Shown: positions 9,630 to 23,305, counted from the first letter of the whole stretch. The stretch is DNA of 51,831 nt, filler included, from Jimgerdemannia flammicorona (GCA_003990765.1; 2 parts of 2 records of this genome joined end to end with filler, not necessarily neighbours in it); one strand, 5' to 3'. Translations and numbers: made by a program. The notes: generated by a model from the sequence alone, not told the origin.

Positions 9630-12600
9630 CTATTTATTTTTCTATTGGTATATCTTGATGACATCCTGATCTTTAGTGCAACTAAAGAAGAACACCTCAA
9701 ATACATTTGAATAGTCCTGGAGATCCTGTGAAAACACAAGCTTTATACTAAGCTTAAGAAGTATGAATTCTTCAAGGAATAAGTCAAATATCTTGGCCAT
9801 ATTATCTCTGTATAAGAAATTCAAGTAGACCCATATAAGATAGAAGCAATTGAAGAATAGCCTATTCTATTAAATCTCACAGAACTCTAATTCTTCCTTG
9901 GTCTAGCTGGCTACTATCATTGCTTTGTCAGAAACTTCTATAGTATTGCCAAGCCACTGACTAACCTCATAAGAAAGACCCTGTACTCAGACCACTATAT
10001 ACCCTATACTTGAGATCTCTTTTGTCAATAAGCTTTTCAAGAACTCAAGAACCATCTGACTCATGCTCCAGTTCTATATAATGCAGATCAAGACTTAAAA
10101 TTCATAGTCACTACTGATATATTGAATTTTGCCATTGGAGCAGTCTTGTCACAAGATGATGGCAAAGGATACTGTCTTATTGCTTTTGAGTCCTATAAGT
10201 TGGCCTCAGCTGAACAAAAGCTAGCCACTTATGAGAAGGAACTACTGGCAATAATACATACACTAGACTACTGGTAATGCTATCTAGAAGGTATTGAGTT
10301 TGATGTCATTACTGATCATTAATCTCTCAAGTACATTAACACTCAACCTACTCTATCACATCTACAAGCCAAATAAAGCCTCAAGCTTCAAACCTTCAAT
10401 CTGATAATCATCTACAAGCCTGGCAAGATACTTGTAGTATCAGATGTCTTATTAAGATGCTCTGACCTTGCCACAATTATACAAGTCATCTTGGTATCAG
10501 AATTTCTAAAGCAAATCAGATAAGCTTATAAAGAAGATATAGTTACCACTAGAGTTTTCTCAAATGAGCTCAAGAATATATATACTGTTGAGAACAACCT
10601 GATCTATCATCAAGACCAAGTCTACTTACCTAAAAACATGAATCTATACTATAAGATTTTGCAAGAACACTATGACTCTCCTCTTGCTGGTCATCTGGAA
10701 ATTAAGAAGACTGTCAAGAACATTCAATGCTGCTACTATTGGTCAATTATGGTCATAGAAATCAAGAACTATGATGCCAGCTGTAATCTATACCAGTATA
10801 ATAAGTCTACCAACCAAGCATCAGCTGGTTTGCTACAACCACTGCCAATTCCTACTAAGAAATTTAAGTAAGTTACCATAGACTTTGTAACTCAACTACC
10901 ATGAACCCAATCTGATACTGATGCTATCATCATATTCATTGACTGCCTGACCAAGACTATGGTTACTGAATCAACCACTACCAATATTACTATACCTGAG
11001 ATTGCAAGAATCTTCTTCAAGTCCATCTTCTATCACTATGGCCTACCATGAGTAATTGTCAGTGATTATAACCCCAAGTTCACCAGTTACTTCTGGCAAA
11101 CTCTCCTTAAGACCCTGGAAACCCAATTGGCTATATCTATCACCTTTTACCTACAAACTAATGGAAAAACTGAGCATATAAACAGAATTCTAGAACAAAT
11201 GCTTAGAAACTATATTTCTTATGAGCAAGATGACTAGAACCACTATTTGACTTATGTGTAGTTCACATACAACAATGCTATCCAATCATCTACTGGTCTT
11301 TCTTCTTTTCAGTTACTCCACAGTCAAGATCCCAAGACCTCTGCAAGTTTATTCTCTTTCAAGAAAAGTAGTCAAATACATGTCCCTACTGCTAAGAGCC
11401 TTATAGATAAAATGAACAAACTACTCAAGATTGTTTTCATGAATCTTCAGAAGACTCAACAGCATCACACCAAGTATGCTGATAAGAAATACTGTAATAT
11501 CACTTATACTGTTGGAGTTCAAGTCTTACTATCTACTGAGAATCTCAAAATATAATTTCAAGTCAACCACCCTTCAAACAAGTTTCAACTCAAGTATATT
11601 GGACCTTTTGAGATTACTGAACAAGTCTCTGCATCTTCCTATTACCTTAAGCTACCTGAAACCATAAGAGTATACCCAGTCTTTTATGTGTCATATCTCA
11701 AGATCTGAAACCAGTCACTACCCTACTCTGGTCGAATTTCTAAGCTGTAATTATTGAAGACCATATCAAGTATGAAGCTGAGAAAATTCTTGACAAACAA
11801 ATCTGCTACCACTGTCCTGAATACCTAGTTAAGTGGATGGGCTACCCTGAATATGATGCTACCTGGAAACCACTAGTTTACCTCAAGAACTCTCAAGATC
11901 TAGTTCAAGACTTTGAGGCAAAATATATTGTCTAATCTCTGTAGTGACTTCCTTGGATTGTTGATAACCTATAGTAATAACCAGTATCTTATACATCAGA
12001 AGTTTACTTTGGAACTCTAGAATCAGCAGAACATTTAATGAATAAGAAGTCTACTAAAATAAAGCTACTAGCTGAGTTCAAACCCCTCCCAGTTGATTAG
12101 TCTGATAATAGGCCCTCTGCCCTATATAAGGATAGCAAATCCTCATCATTACACTAATATAAGTTTGAGAAATTTTGGTTAAGTATATCTAGTCTTGTGT
12201 TACCTAAGAACTCAATAAGGATATTGGTTCTTAAGGAGAGAGAGATGTAACAATTTCACAGTTATATTTAGTCTTAGTATATTTTTGTATCTTTTAGTTA
12301 GTCTTTTCTTGTCATTTCTTAAATATTTTACTATATTCCACCACCTTCTACTTGCTTAGAAACCTTCTCTCAGTACTCAGATATTACTAAAACACTCTTG
12401 TCTTTTCTTGGTATCAAGTATCTTGTCTTAGCTAGTCATAGAACCTTTTGGAACATTGTAAAACAGTATTAGTCATCTTTGCTAAGAATCTATTTCTTAG
12501 CATTTCTCTTTCTTTTTAAGATCCTTCTGGATCTTTCATCTTTCTTTCAGATCCTATATAAATATCCTTATTCTCTCTCTGAATAAAGCTCAGAATATTT

Positions 12601-12716
12601 TCTCTCAGAAATCCTTCAAGAATACTTGAACCTCTAAGTATCTCTTTAAGCTACTTTAGGTCAACTAGAACTTTCAGATTTAGCTGCTTTCTCTTAAAGA
12701 AACTAGAACCATTACA
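9630..12716 (+). mobile_element. Element B: 3' part of a decayed chromodomain Ty3/Gypsy element (RT C-term, RH, INT, chromodomain, PPT, 3' LTR); same family as D
   Basis: YLDDILIFS at ~9650; HYDSPLAGH; EYLVKWMGYPEYDATW at ~11815-11865; colinear with D 20290-23300. Confidence 0.93.
12246..12716 (+). repeat. Element B 3' LTR
   Basis: TGTAACA...ATTACA after the PPT AAGGAGAGAGAGA; similar to the D LTRs. Confidence 0.9.
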
Positions 12717-12877
12717 TCTTTCTTTTTTATATTATATATATATATATATATACTTTATTCTTTCAAACAAAGCTTTAAATATTTTTTCTTAAAAAGGGTT
12801 TAAAAACTATTTAGATTACTAGTACTTTCTAAAATATAGTTACTTTTTCTTATAAAAATTAAAATTATTATATATTC

Positions 12878-12908
<31 letters not shown>

Positions 12909-13349
12909 TTTTATATTAGTTAAAATATAGAATTGATTAAAACTATTAAAATTATTACTATTTTTATTATCTTAACTAGATCTTTATATATTTTTAAATT
13001 AATATAAATTTCAAAATTAATTATAATTTTATTTTACTAGTTATTAGTAATTAAATATATATATTACTATACTTATAATAACTTTAAATATAAATATAAT
13101 ATAAAAAAACTTTAATTTAATTATATATAATTTCTTATTTTTCTACAAATATTAAATCTATTTATAAATCTATTTTATTTAATTAGTATATTATTACTCT
13201 AGTTACTAATAAATTAAAGTTTTTTATTATTATATTAATAAAATTAAGAATTCTATTTTTTTAATTTATTTATAACTTGAGCAATTATATAAAATTCTAT
13301 TATTTAATTTACTATTTCATATATATTAATATTTACTATATATACATAT
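12717..13349. other. Extremely AT-rich decayed sequence with (TA)n and (AAT)n microsatellites
   Basis: Almost no G/C; no recoverable motif. Confidence 0.8.
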
Positions 13350-14880
13350 TGTTATATAGTGGGTACTGAGTTCTTCAAATATATCAGATTCTCTTCAAGA
13401 TATATCTCTTAGACTAACTATAAGTTTATTATAAGCAAGTTCTTATTAGAGTACCTTTTTAAGGTCTTATAGTTCTCAAACTTCTTATCTTTAAACTGTC
13501 TTGTTATCTCTTAGATTGCTTGTGTGGAATTGAGTATAAGTAAACTGAGGAAACTGACTTTATTTCAAAGAAAATGAGAGAGATATTTATATAAAATATA
13601 ATTCAATAGTTGCTAAGATATAAAACTAAATATAAATTCCAATAATCAAATAAAATACTGGAACATAGAAAACTTTGGTTGTAAGTACAAATTCAAGTAT
13701 CTGTACAAATGGTTATACAAGTTCAGGATACTGGTAGATTTCAGTTGTATAAGAAAAGAATGTCAGAAGAATTTCTGAGTTATATAAGATCAGAATATCA
13801 GAAGAATTATAGTTATATAAAGAACTCAGAGCAGAATGTTCAGGACCCTAGGGGCTTCATCTTCATCACTGCTAGAGATCAGGATATCTTCAAAGAAAAT
13901 GAGATTTATAAATATTTTATCTATTTTATATATGTCACTAATTAGCAGGATGATATCATTATATTTAGCAGTAAGAGTAAGAAGATCAGGGGCTCTCCAA
14001 TCTATGATATTCTCTTCTACAAAATATGGGACAAATGTGGAGTCTTAGAGAGGTCTAACCTGAATACTGGGGCCTTGAAATACTGAGATCAATCCTTATA
14101 GGAATTGGTCTGAATTGTTCTGGAGAATGAGATTTCAGAACTCTTCTACCTCATTACTATTGAGAGTAATAGTAGATTAGACTTATGTGGCCACTATGGC
14201 CTCTAGTACATTTATGTAGTAGGCTGACAATTACTTAAAGTCTGAGACTCTAGTATATTGGGAATTGAGTATAGTATATACTTAAAGATCTGATGAATCT
14301 TCTTAACTATTCTTATTTTATATACATCCATGGAGATGGTATCTTGAATCTCTTAGAGTCTAGCCTGAGGGAATTCCTGGCAAAGAATGTTTCTTATTTT
14401 GTATTTCTGTCACATCTAGAGGTATTCAGTAGTGATAGTGATCCTTGTTTCCATTTTATAGTAGTAGAGGATAAAGTGATAAGAGTCACTAGTACTCAGG
14501 TTAAGACTAGGAGTCCTTCTTATACAGATCCTTATGGCTCTTCTGATATCTTAGAATATTCTTTCTTAGACTGAGAATTTTTGGTGGTTCCTAGACCTTG
14601 AGGTTAGGTGGGCAGTAGACATTTTATTTATAGTGAGTCTTTGAGCTATTTTGGAGTTTGTGAGTCTTGTTTAAGTTGCTACTACTATAGTTCCTTAGTC
14701 CTTCTTTTATATTCCTTAAGATATCTATCTTATAGTCATGATGACTTATGGTTAGTCATTATTACTCATCTTATAGCCTAGGTAAGTCATGCTGTATAAT
14801 CTCCTTATACTCCAATCTGGTGGCTTGTAAGGAAAGACTGTCTTCTATAATTATATCACCATTCTGAGATCACTATTACA
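13350..14880 (-). repeat. Element C 3' LTR
   Basis: Colinear with 24202-25706; PPT-like TAGGAGAAAGA on - at 14881-14891. Confidence 0.92.
13826..14630 (-). pseudogene. Accessory ORF remnant inside the C 3' LTR (U3)
   Basis: Manual translation QKYKIRNILCQEFPQARL*EIQDTISMDVYKIRIVKKIHQIFKY; N-terminal limit approximate. Confidence 0.65.
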
Positions 14881-15299
14881 TCTTTCTCCTAAATAAGGAT
14901 CTTCTTTTGAACATTCTTATTCATTGATCTAGTCTGAAAAATTTGCTGATCCCATAATCTCTAGCAGAGGGTCAAAAAGTAGTATTTATGGGCTGGTATC
15001 TTTCTTATATATTTTGATATAATGTTGAAGAGTTGCTCTCTTTATATAGAGCAAGGGCCTGATTCTGATCTTAACCAATCAGTTGATAGTTCAAACTTCT
15101 CTGACTTCAAAAGTCTCATAGATGAGTAGTTACTAGTACTATATCTCTTAGAGAATGGTCCAGACAGATTGTCTGCTGGTCATAGGATATGCTGTTATGA
15201 TTTACAGATTAGAACCTCATGGATGGTCATCATATTTTACTTCTTTTATATAGATTCATAGTATTTTTTGAGTCTGTTCCTATATATTATGGTAGGTAG

Positions 15300-17293
15300 T
15301 ATAGTTCCTGAGAGTTTTCTAAGTTAGAAGATAGTTCTTTTGATATCTTATATATAGAAGGGTCCTTCCTATTTGGGCTCCATTTTTTGTAACCATGAGG
15401 CTTCTACCATATTTTGATATAGTAGAACCTTTTCTCTAATTTGAATAGGTTCTAGGGTCTTGTGATTCTTTTCCACATTCTTCCTTATCAGTACTTGTGA
15501 CTTGATGATGTAATTTTCTACCTTCTTCTTGATTTGGTATAGTCTCTGAATTTCTGAGTCAATCTATTGCCAAGTTAGGTCTAGATTTGTGGCTGAGGTT
15601 CCATCAGAATCTTCAGGATAAAGTGTGTACTCTGTGACTATATATCTCATAAGACAGAGAGGGCAGTTGGGAGGTAGTTATCCTAATTCTCATATGTTTC
15701 AGAGATCTTGGCCAGGATGTTCTTAAGGGTCTTATTGGTTCTTTCTGTCTGTCTATTTTCTTGAGGGTGATATATAGTAGTCTTGATGTGCTGAATCTTG
15801 TATTTCTGATATATTATCTTATAGAATCTGTTGACAAATTCTGTACCATAATCTGTAGTGATTTGTCTTGATGTCTTGTAGTGGTAGATGATTTCTTAGT
15901 ACAGGAAGTCAGCAATAGAGAGAGCATTGGCTTCTTGTAATGCTTCTACTTCTATCTGTTTAGTAAAGAAGTCTATAATAACATGATATAGTAGTTTCCT
16001 GATAGAGTTACTGGTAGTAGTTCTATGATATCTATTGTGATGTGGTGGAAGAGAATAGATTTGATTCTTGATGATCTGAGTACCTGGTCTTACTGATCTT
16101 GTTTCTGTTTTTGACACTTGTTACACTCTTTGACAAATTGGTATAGGTCTTTTTTCATCTTAGATCACTACATGGTTTTTCTTATCTTGTCATATATATT
16201 GATTCCTCCTAGATATTCTTGTTCATGTACTTCCTTCATTACTTGATACTTCTTATATTTAGGTATTATGAGCTTTCTTCCTTTTCTGAGTATGGTGTTA
16301 TCTAGTTTGAATTGTTTCTAAGTCCAGTTAATAATAGTAATAGTCCAGAGTTTAGGGTGGTTAGACATCTTCTACTATCCAAGGTAGCTGATTAATCCAT
16401 AGTATAGCTCCTTATTCATATTGAATAGTCTTGATGGAGGTATTTCAGAGTGTCCTTGAGAGTACATCAGCATTGGCATTGGTTCTTCCTGAGTGGTGTT
16501 TGATAGTATAGTTATACTCTTGTAGTCTGTAAATCCATCTGATATACATATATTCCTTTAGAGTTCAGAGTGTGAAATAGTCAGGCAAGAGCAGAATGAT
16601 CTGTTTGAATGATGAAGTATTTCCTAACTAGATAGTAGTAAAACTTGTCTACTGCCCAGACTACTGCTAAGTATTCTAGTTTGTATGACTTATAGTTCTG
16701 TTCTACTCTACAGATATCTCAGCTCATATAGGAGATGACATATTTATGTCCATCTTTCTTCTGAGCTAGTATAGCTCTAAGTTCTATAGTACTTATATCT
16801 GTCTACAGGATAAACTCTAGGTTCCAATCTAGTCTTCTAAGAATGGGTGCTTGGGTCAATCTAGTCTTGAGTTCATTTAAGGTTTCTTGCTATTCTTTAG
16901 TTTATTTGAACTTAGTCTCCTTCTTCAATAGCTCATAGATAGGTACTGTAATGTTGGAGTATCCTTTGATGAATCTTCTATAGTAGGAGGCCAGTCCAAG
17001 GAAGGCATGGACTTCTATAGTTGTTCTGGATCTTGGGTAGGCTGTAATAATCTCAATCTTTATAGGGTCTATATAAATTCCAGTCTGGTTGATAATGTGT
17101 TCTAGATAGGCAATTTCTTGAGCTACAAACTTACACTTCTTGGGCTTGATATAGAGGCCATACACCTTGAGCTTCTTGAGGGTTAGCTGTATATGGTTGA
17201 TATATTCCCATATAGTATTGCTGAAGATAATCACATCATTAATATAGATAAAGAGCCATTTTCTAATTTTATTACTGAAGACTCTATTCATTA
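15300..17293 (-). pseudogene. Element C RT C-term, RNase H and integrase remnants
   Basis: ORF 16902-17291 (FLGLASYYRRFI), ORF 15896-16117, WLQKMEPK*EGPFY tail. Confidence 0.9.
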
Positions 17294-17298
17294 TTTAC

Positions 17299-17702
17299 TG
17301 TAACATTTTAGCATAGTTTATTTCTTTTCTTTGTCTTTCTTTAATATTCTACAACTTTCCAGTACTTTCCAAATGCTTAGAAATCCTTTCTTGGTGCTGA
17401 GCATCCTCTAGTACTTATTTAGTTAGTCACTGATTGTCCTGGAAACTTGTAGAACTTTATTTGTCATCATTTGTCATCTTTGCTGAGAACTTTCCTCTTG
17501 GCATTTTTCCTTTGATTTCTTAGATCCTTCTAGATTCTTCTTTCAGATCTTGTATAAATATCCCCTTTGTTTTCATGAATAAAGTCTCAGAATATTTTCT
17601 CTCAGAAATCCTTCAAGAATACTTGACTCCTTAGTATCTCTTCGAGCTACTTAGGACCACCAGAATTAGTTGCTTCCTCATTTAGAAACCAGAACCATTA
17701 CA
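17299..17702 (+). repeat. Element D 5' LTR
   Basis: TGTAACA...ATTACA; 17 differences from the 3' LTR by manual count. Confidence 0.98.
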
Positions 17703-17770
17703 CTTGGTAGTAGTGGTGAAGTTATCCCTAGCCTTATCAAGACACCTCTCAAGATATCAGTCACAACACT

Positions 17771-20700
17771 ATGGAGGACAATGGGTGGAACCCTTCATAC
17801 AGTACCTATGATCCAGACAATGCCTCATATAATTAGTATAATTAGCAAGAAGAAGAGGAACAGCAAAACCCTACTCAGTCAAATGGGGCCATCGAGAGTC
17901 TTTTGTAGACCACATTAGCTCAGATTACTCAACTTCAAAAACACATAGAAAGAAAGGAAAGCAAGGCCCCCACTCATACCTCCACACCTCCACTGACATC
18001 AATACATCCAACAGCAGTTACTATCAAGTCTCAGAAGCCCGACACCTTTGATGGTCAAAGAGGAGGACTATCTACCAATACCTGGTTTTTCCAATTGGAG
18101 CAATATGGAGAACTGACTAATTTGGAAGAAGCAACACTAGTCTAATTTGCCACCACACTCCTCTGAGGGAATGCTGCAATCTGGTGATGAAATCATGTCC
18201 AGAATACTAGATTCTCTGGCCAAATCAAGACCTGGGGCAAATTCTCTGATGCTATTCAAGGCCAATTCAAACCAGTCAACAGCACCAAGACCACATGAGA
18301 CTGTCTGGCAAATGTCAAACAACTCAAGCATATAATATACAATTCCTGTCAATCCTGCTAGAATTACCACATGTCACTGAAGACAAGAAGGTCAACAAGT
18401 ACATCTGAGGCCTGAAAGGTCAAACCCAAGTTTATGTTGAACTAGAAGAACCCAAGGACCTAGATACAGCAATGAAAATTGCTAATAGGTTTGATGTCAT
18501 CACCTATGGTCACTGCTTTGAACAGAAGAGACCACCTTTCAATAACAACAACCACAGAAGGGAGGAACCCAAAGTCAGAACTATTGACACCATCAACAAG
18601 AGCAAGAAAGGCAAGCTTACACCCAAGGAAAAGGAGCACCTCAAGAAGGCTAGAGCCTGCTTCTTTTGCCATCTGCCTGGTCACATTACAACCAAATGTC
18701 CCAAGAAAACTGCCAAACCAAAGAGGATCCTGGTCCTGTCCAAAGACACTCAAGATCAACCAGTTGAACAAGAAGTTATACTCAATTTCATGCAAGTCAA
18801 CCCCAAGGCCCAGATCCCTCAAGTACAGTCAGAAGGAGCCATTGGTTTGGACCTTCAAGCAGTACAACAAGTCACTATTCTGGCACATGAGAGAAGGCTC
18901 ATTCCAACTGGTCTTTCAGTCAAAATCCCCAAGGAACATTATGTAAGAATTGTACCAAGATCTGGCCTCAGCTTCAAGCACTCATTGGATGTTGGTGCTG
19001 GAGTCATTGACTCTGACTTCTGAGGTAAAATGCAAGTCCTGCTAGTCAACCACAAGAACCAACCATATACCATCAATGAAGGTGACAGAATTGCATAGCT
19101 CATTCTAGAGCAAGCCACTCTACCAGTCATCAAAGAAGTCACCAAGCTGTCTTCCACCAAGTGAGATCAGAAAGGCTTTGGCAGTACTGACAAAGTTGCA
19201 AGTATAGCTGAGAACTGAGCCAATTCAATGCTCATCTTCAAAGGTCTAGTCAAGGGACAAGAGCTAGATGTTCTCATAGACAGTGGAGCTGTTGGGAACT
19301 TCATCAACAAGAACCTCATCGACAAGCTCAAGATTCTCACCAAACCAGCTGATAAGAATGGTAGAGTTGTCACTGCAGATGGCACCATCTTACCAATTGA
19401 CTCAATTGCTGCTAAACTTCCCCTCAAGATCCAGAAGTATTGGGAATATTTAGATTTCGAGGTAACACCACTAGGAGACCATGACCTGATCCTAGGTAAA
19501 TTCTGGTTTACATGGTACAACCCTCAGATTGATTGGACCAAGAATGAAGTCACCTTGATTCAGGATGGAGCCAACATTACCATCAAGCCAGACAAGACTC
19601 AGACCAGAACCCCAATTGCTACCCTTTCGGCAATTCAGTTCAAGAAGGCCCTCAAGAAAGCTACCTGTGCCTTTGTGGCACTGATCCAACCAAAGAAAGA
19701 AGACAAGAAGCTATCAATTAGTGAAAGCATCAAGTTACTGCTGAACAAGTACAAGGATGTCTTCCCGGACAAACTACCTGGTCTACTACCTTCAAGAGAC
19801 CATGACCACGAAATCAAGTTGGTACCTGATGCAGCTATACCTAAGAAGAAAATGTACTGCATGCCTTCACTCGAAATTGAAGCAGTCAAGAAGGAACTCA
19901 ATGAACTCATTGAGTGAGGAGCCATTCAACCAAGCAAGTCACCCTTTGGCTCCCCAGTCCTATTTGTCAAGAAAAAGGATGATACTCTGTGAATGTGCAT
20001 AGACTACTGTGCACTCAATAAGATCACAGTCAAGAACCATTATCCACTACTACTCATAGATCAATCTTTAATGCTCTCAAGAATGCCAAGTACTTCACCA
20101 AGATTGATCTCACCTCTGGATATCACCAAATTTGAATTAAGTCAGAAGACATACCCAAGACTGCCTTCATGACACTCTTTGAACTCTACAAATTTCTAGT
20201 CATGGCCTTTGATCTCACCAATGTGCCAGCAACCTTTCAAGACCTCATACAAACTGTCTTCAAGGATCAGCTCTATATCTTCATACTTGTATATATTGAT
20301 GACATCCTGATCTTCAGTAGCACTGAAGAAGAATACCTCAAGCATATCAAATAAGTCCTCAAGATCCTCCACAAGAATAAGCTCTATGCAAAGCTCAAGA
20401 AATGTGAATTTTTCAAGAATCAAGTCAAATATCTTAGACACATTGTATCAGCCAAAGGAATTCAAGTAGATCCAAGGAAAATACAAGCCATTGAACAGTG
20501 GCCTGTACCAGCAAACCTCACTGAACTCAGGTCAGTCCTTGGTCTGGCTGGATACTACCATCAATTTGTCAAGAACTTCTCTGGTATCACAGAATCTTTG
20601 ACAAATCTCCTGTGAAAGGAATCCAACTCTGACCTCTATGTCCCCTATATCTGAGATGCCTTCTATCAATAAGCCTTTCAAGAACTCAAGAACTGCTTGA

Positions 20701-22583
20701 CCTATACACCTGTCCTTAGAAACATGGACCCAAACTTGAAGTTCACAGTCACTACAGATATATCTAACTTTGCCATTGGTGCAGTCATTTCTCAAGATGA
20801 TGGTCAAGGACACTGACCTATTGCCTTTGAGTCAAGAAAATTGTCCCCAGCAGAACAAAAGCTGGCTACTCATGAAAAGGAACTCCTGGTAATCATGCAT
20901 GTCCTCAAGACCTAGCAATACTATCTAGAAGGAGTTGAGTTTGACATGATCACCAATTACAGGTTCCTTCAGTACATCAACACTCAACCAACCCTTTCTT
21001 GCCAACAAGCCAAGTGGAGTCAACTACTTCAGACTTTTACTCCAAACATCATCTACAAGCCTGGCAAAACTCTAGTTGTACCAGATGTACTTTCAAGGAG
21101 ACCTGACCTTGCCACAATTTTACAAGTCACCATGGTACCTGAATTCCTCAACCAGATCAAGAAGGCATATGAACAAGACTCTCTGGTTCTACAAAGGAAC
21201 ACCAAGGAATTCAAGGAAAAGTACACCATCAAGAACAACCTCATGTACTATTAAGACAAAGTATATATTCCTGCCAACCCTGAACTATGGTATAAGATTC
21301 TTCATGAACATCATGACTCCCCACTAGCTGGTCACCTTGGAACTGAAAAGACCATCAAGAATATCCAACAAGACTACTACTGGCCAAACATGCTCAAGGA
21401 AATCAAGGAGTATGTCCAAAGCTGTGATCTTTACCAAAGAAACAAGTCAAGCAACTAAGCACCTGCTGGTCTTCTACAACCCTTGTCAATTCTAACCAAG
21501 AAGTTCGAACAAGTCACAATGGACTTCATTGTACAACTCCCACAAACCAAAACAGGCTATGATGCCATTGTTGTATTTGTAGACCATCTCACTAAGATTA
21601 CAATCGCTGAGCCAACCACAACCAATGCCACTGCCCCAGAAATTGCAAGAATCTTCAAGACTGTCTTCTGCCATTATGGACTTCTCTGAGTAATTATCAG
21701 CAACCGCGACCCCAAGTTCACAAGTCACTTCTGGCAAGCACTCTTCAAGACCCTTGGAATCCAAATTGCTATATCCACTGCCTTTCATCCTCAAACTGAT
21801 GGACAGATAGAGTGAATGAATATAACACTTGAACAAATGCTCAGAAACTATGTGTCTTATGAGCAAGATGATTAGGACCACTATCTGACCTATGCCGAGT
21901 TTGCCTACAATAATGCCAACCAATCATCAACTGGTCTTTTCCCATTTCAGCTACTTCACAGTCAAAACTCTGAGACCCCTGCAAGTCTAGTCCAATTCCA
22001 GCAATCCAGTCACACTCAAGTCTCTACAGCCCAGAACCTTATCGACAAAATGGATTCCCTTCTCAAGATTACCACTATGAACCTACAAAAGGCTCAGCAA
22101 TATCAAGCTAAGTATGCAGATAAGAAGTGGCAAGATGTCATATACAACATTGGTGATATGGTTCTACTCAAAGCCAACAACATCAAGGCTCAATCTCAAG
22201 TCAACTGCCAGTCAGCCAAATTCCAGCCCAAGTACCTTGGACCCTTTGAGATCACCGAGCAAGTCTCTACCTGGTCTTACCATCTCAACTTGCCAACAAC
22301 CATGTGTATACACCCAGTATTCCATATGTCACAACTTAAGGCCTGGAACCAGTCACCCCCATACCCTGGCTGAATTCTGACACTATCAGCACCAGTCATA
22401 GTTGAAGACCACATTGAGTATAAAGTCAAGGAAATCTTAGACAAATGAGTCCGATACCATTGCACAGAATACCTAGTCAAGTAGATGGATTATCCTGAAT
22501 ATGATGCCACCTGAGAACCTGCCACCAATCCCAAGAACTCCCAAGACCTCATTCAAGAGTTTGAGCAAAAAGGAACTCATTGA
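17771..22583 (+). pseudogene. Element D gag-pol polyprotein, disrupted
   Basis: KPDTFDG; CFFCHLPGHITTKC; dUTPase; LIDSGA; YIDD; MDFIVQLP; KYLGPF; chromodomain ~22410-22565. Confidence 0.95.
18790..19190 (+). pseudogene. Element D trimeric dUTPase (between zinc knuckle and protease)
   Basis: IGLDL, PRSGLS, GAGVIDSDF*G, EGDRIA*L, GFGSTD. Confidence 0.95.
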
Positions 22584-22896
22584 CTACCTGTGAGATTCTC
22601 CTCTTAGATAGTAGATGACCTATTGTACTGATCAGGCACATTATGCATCAGGGCTCTCTAAGAGATACAGTATCAGAAGCAAGAGATACAGGAGAACCCT
22701 ATAAATCCTACAACCAATGAGGTTCAAACCAGTTCTCATCCAATCAAGATGATACTTTGGCCCTCACCTTATATAAGGACAGCCAATCCTTGTCAATGAG
22801 TTGATATATTTAATTTGAAGTTTCTTTTAGTCTTATTATTTATTATATATAACTTTGAGAATTCAATAAGGACATTGATTCTTAAGGAGGGGGAGA

Positions 22897-23300
22897 TGTA
22901 ACATTTTAGCATAGTTTATTTCTTTTCTTTGTCTTTCTTCAATATTCTACAACCTTCCAGTACTTTCCGAATGCTTAGAAATCCTTTCTTGGTACCAAGC
23001 ATCCTCTAGTACTTATTTAGTTAGTCACTGATTGTCCTGGAAACTTGTAGAACTTTATTTGTCATCATTTGTCATCTTTGCCGAGAACTTTCCTCTTGGC
23101 ATTTTTCCTTTGATTTCTCAGATCCTTCTGGATCCTTCTTTCAGATCTTGTATAAATATCCCCTTTGTTCTTATGAATAAAGTCTCAGAATATTTTCTCT
23201 CAGAAATCCTTCAAGAACACTTGACTCCTTAGTATCTCTTCGAGCTACTTAGGACTACCAGAATTAGTCACTTCCTCATTTAGAAACCAGAACTATTACA
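22897..23300 (+). repeat. Element D 3' LTR
   Basis: Direct repeat of 17299-17702. Confidence 0.98.
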
Positions 23301-23305
23301 TTTAC

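Larger units (their letters stand above)
17299..23300 (+). mobile_element. Element D: full-length chromodomain Ty3/Gypsy, Gag-dUTPase-PR-RT-RH-INT-CHD
   Basis: 404-bp LTR pair; 5-bp TSD TTTAC (17294-17298, 23301-23305); PBS TGGTAGTAGTGG at 17705; PPT AAGGAGGGGGAGA before 22897. Confidence 0.98.

Noticed and set aside
13709..14574. Plus-strand ORFs in the C LTRs (also 24730-24924)
   Set aside because: Best explained as antisense shadows of the minus-strand accessory ORF; their boundaries are not conserved between the two LTRs.
18790..19190. Host DUT1 gene or an endogenous retrovirus
   Set aside because: In frame within gag-pol between paired LTRs; RT, INT and chromodomain are Ty3/Gypsy type and there is no env.
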